In this document: positions 26,474 through 27,216 of the stretch, piece by piece | Layout: each line of letters begins with the position of its first letter | How positions within the stretch are numbered: the first letter of the stretch is position 1 | Origin: a virus | Lineage: Duplodnaviria > Caudoviricetes | Strand: one strand, 5' to 3' | DNA length: 27,216 bases | Virus record (IMG/VR): IMGVR_UViG_3300022752_000320 | Location: 1-27,216 of that record | Position numbers and translations under genes: made by a program | Notes under the pieces: model-generated | Databases searched by the model: none | What the model was told of the DNA's origin: nothing | What the model saw: only the letters and a program-made list of their open reading frames with translations

Positions 26474-26854
26474 TTTGTTCTCTCTTTCTATCTTTCTAAG
26501 TAGGTATCAACTTGATGCCGTTTAGATCAGATTCGGTGTCACGTGTCAAGCGCATCTGGCATCTTTTTTGTGATATTATAAAGTATGCGAAAGCGGCCTT
26601 CTAAGGTTTTGAAATATAAAGGAAATAAGGCCAAGGCCCCACGGCCTCTATCCTTGCATTTTTGCAAAGGGGTTTTTGTCAGCTTGCACAGGCGCAAGAA
26701 GCCCGTCAGCGGCTTTTATCGTGACACCGTGGGTGATTCCCTTCCAACTGCCAACGGCGACTGGCGGCCTGTTTCTGTGCGTTTTAGAGGCATGACAAAT
26801 TTTGTCATGCCCTCTTGGTGTCAGGTCCAAGGTCCGTGTCACAATGTCGCACCC

Positions 26855-26903
26855 CATCGGTCCGGTGTCACGTGTCATCGGTCAGCGGTCCGGTGTCAGG
26901 GGT
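26855..26903. repeat. Degenerate heptamer tandem array (7 units)
   Basis: catcggt ccggtgt cacgtgt catcggt cagcggt ccggtgt caggggt. Confidence 0.65.
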
Positions 26904-26989
26904 TTACGTTCGGTAACGTAAACTATGACAGATCGTCCTGGCGCTTGCTTACGTTCGGTAACGTAAGGTGCTTACGTTGCGCAACGTAA
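26904..26989. repeat. Three operator-like palindromes TTACGTT-N4-AACGTAA
   Basis: Exact arms at 26904-26921, 26949-26966 and 26972-26989. Confidence 0.85.
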
Positions 26990-27083
26990 AGCGGCCATGT
27001 CATGACATGACACGGTGTCACAGACCATGACACGGTGACACGGGTCCCTTGGGCGCGGTGAGTGCGCGGCTGACAAATGTCAG

Positions 27084-27125
27084 CGGACCCCGGACCCCGG
27101 TATTTGGCCCTCGGACTTTGGAACT
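27084..27125. repeat. Degenerate heptamer array (YGG-initiated units)
   Basis: cggaccc cggaccc cggtatt tggccct cggactt tggaact; related to 22125-22152. Confidence 0.6.
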
Positions 27126-27216
27126 CTCCTATAATCCCAATTTTCTCTGGTATGTGAGCAACGCAAAAAAGTCGGCCAACCCCCTTTTCAACAGAACGCC
27201 TTTGGGTCCCCGGATG

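Noticed and set aside
14917-26490. Recurrent AGAAAG upstream of start codons as a novel regulatory motif
   Set aside because: Explained as a Shine-Dalgarno variant pairing with a 16S 3' tail ending CCUCCUUUCU.
24100-26500. Low TGTCAC density in the AAA/vWA operon as evidence of recent acquisition
   Set aside because: Gaps of 1.1-1.5 kb also occur in core genes, so significance cannot be judged by eye.
26585-26989. ORFs 26585..26989 and 26648..26878
   Set aside because: Low-complexity translations of repeat tracts; no RBS.
26855-27125. CRISPR mini-array
   Set aside because: Repeats are 7-18 bp with irregular short spacers; no cas genes.

Overview
Roughly 27 kb of a tailed-phage genome, probably with an alphaproteobacterial host (inferred from CTTGAC-type promoters and AGAAAG(G) Shine-Dalgarno leaders). 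In order: the 5'-truncated gene for a giant polyvalent protein (HExxH metallopeptidase, EndoIII/HhH-GPD-like module, ART-PolyVal-like module, long helical C-terminus); a GH108 endolysin; a replication module (SNF2 helicase divergent from a small alpha/beta protein, a coiled-coil protein, an SSB-like protein, an AEP primase, a UvrD-like helicase and a Leu762 PolA); about 25 small minus-strand accessory genes (DUF3846-like, BPL_N/GATase-like, DUF6378-like, stand-alone DnaA domain IV); an AT-rich intergenic region with IHF-consensus sites and direct repeats; terS, a PD-(D/E)xK nuclease and an HTH gene; a minus-strand MoxR-like AAA+/vWA-like pair; and a repeat-rich non-coding end. The strongest unexplained signal is a window-wide, two-strand excess of TGTCAC/GTGACA (about 84 counted by eye, about 13 expected). 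Other highlights are an EEFSRA linker repeated at the module boundaries of the giant protein, a candidate four-way-junction RNA, a DnaA box at the promoter upstream of the phage's own DnaA-IV gene, and three TTACGTT-N4-AACGTAA palindromes. All family assignments come from motif recognition by eye, not from database searches. No tRNA, rRNA, CRISPR array or integrase was seen.
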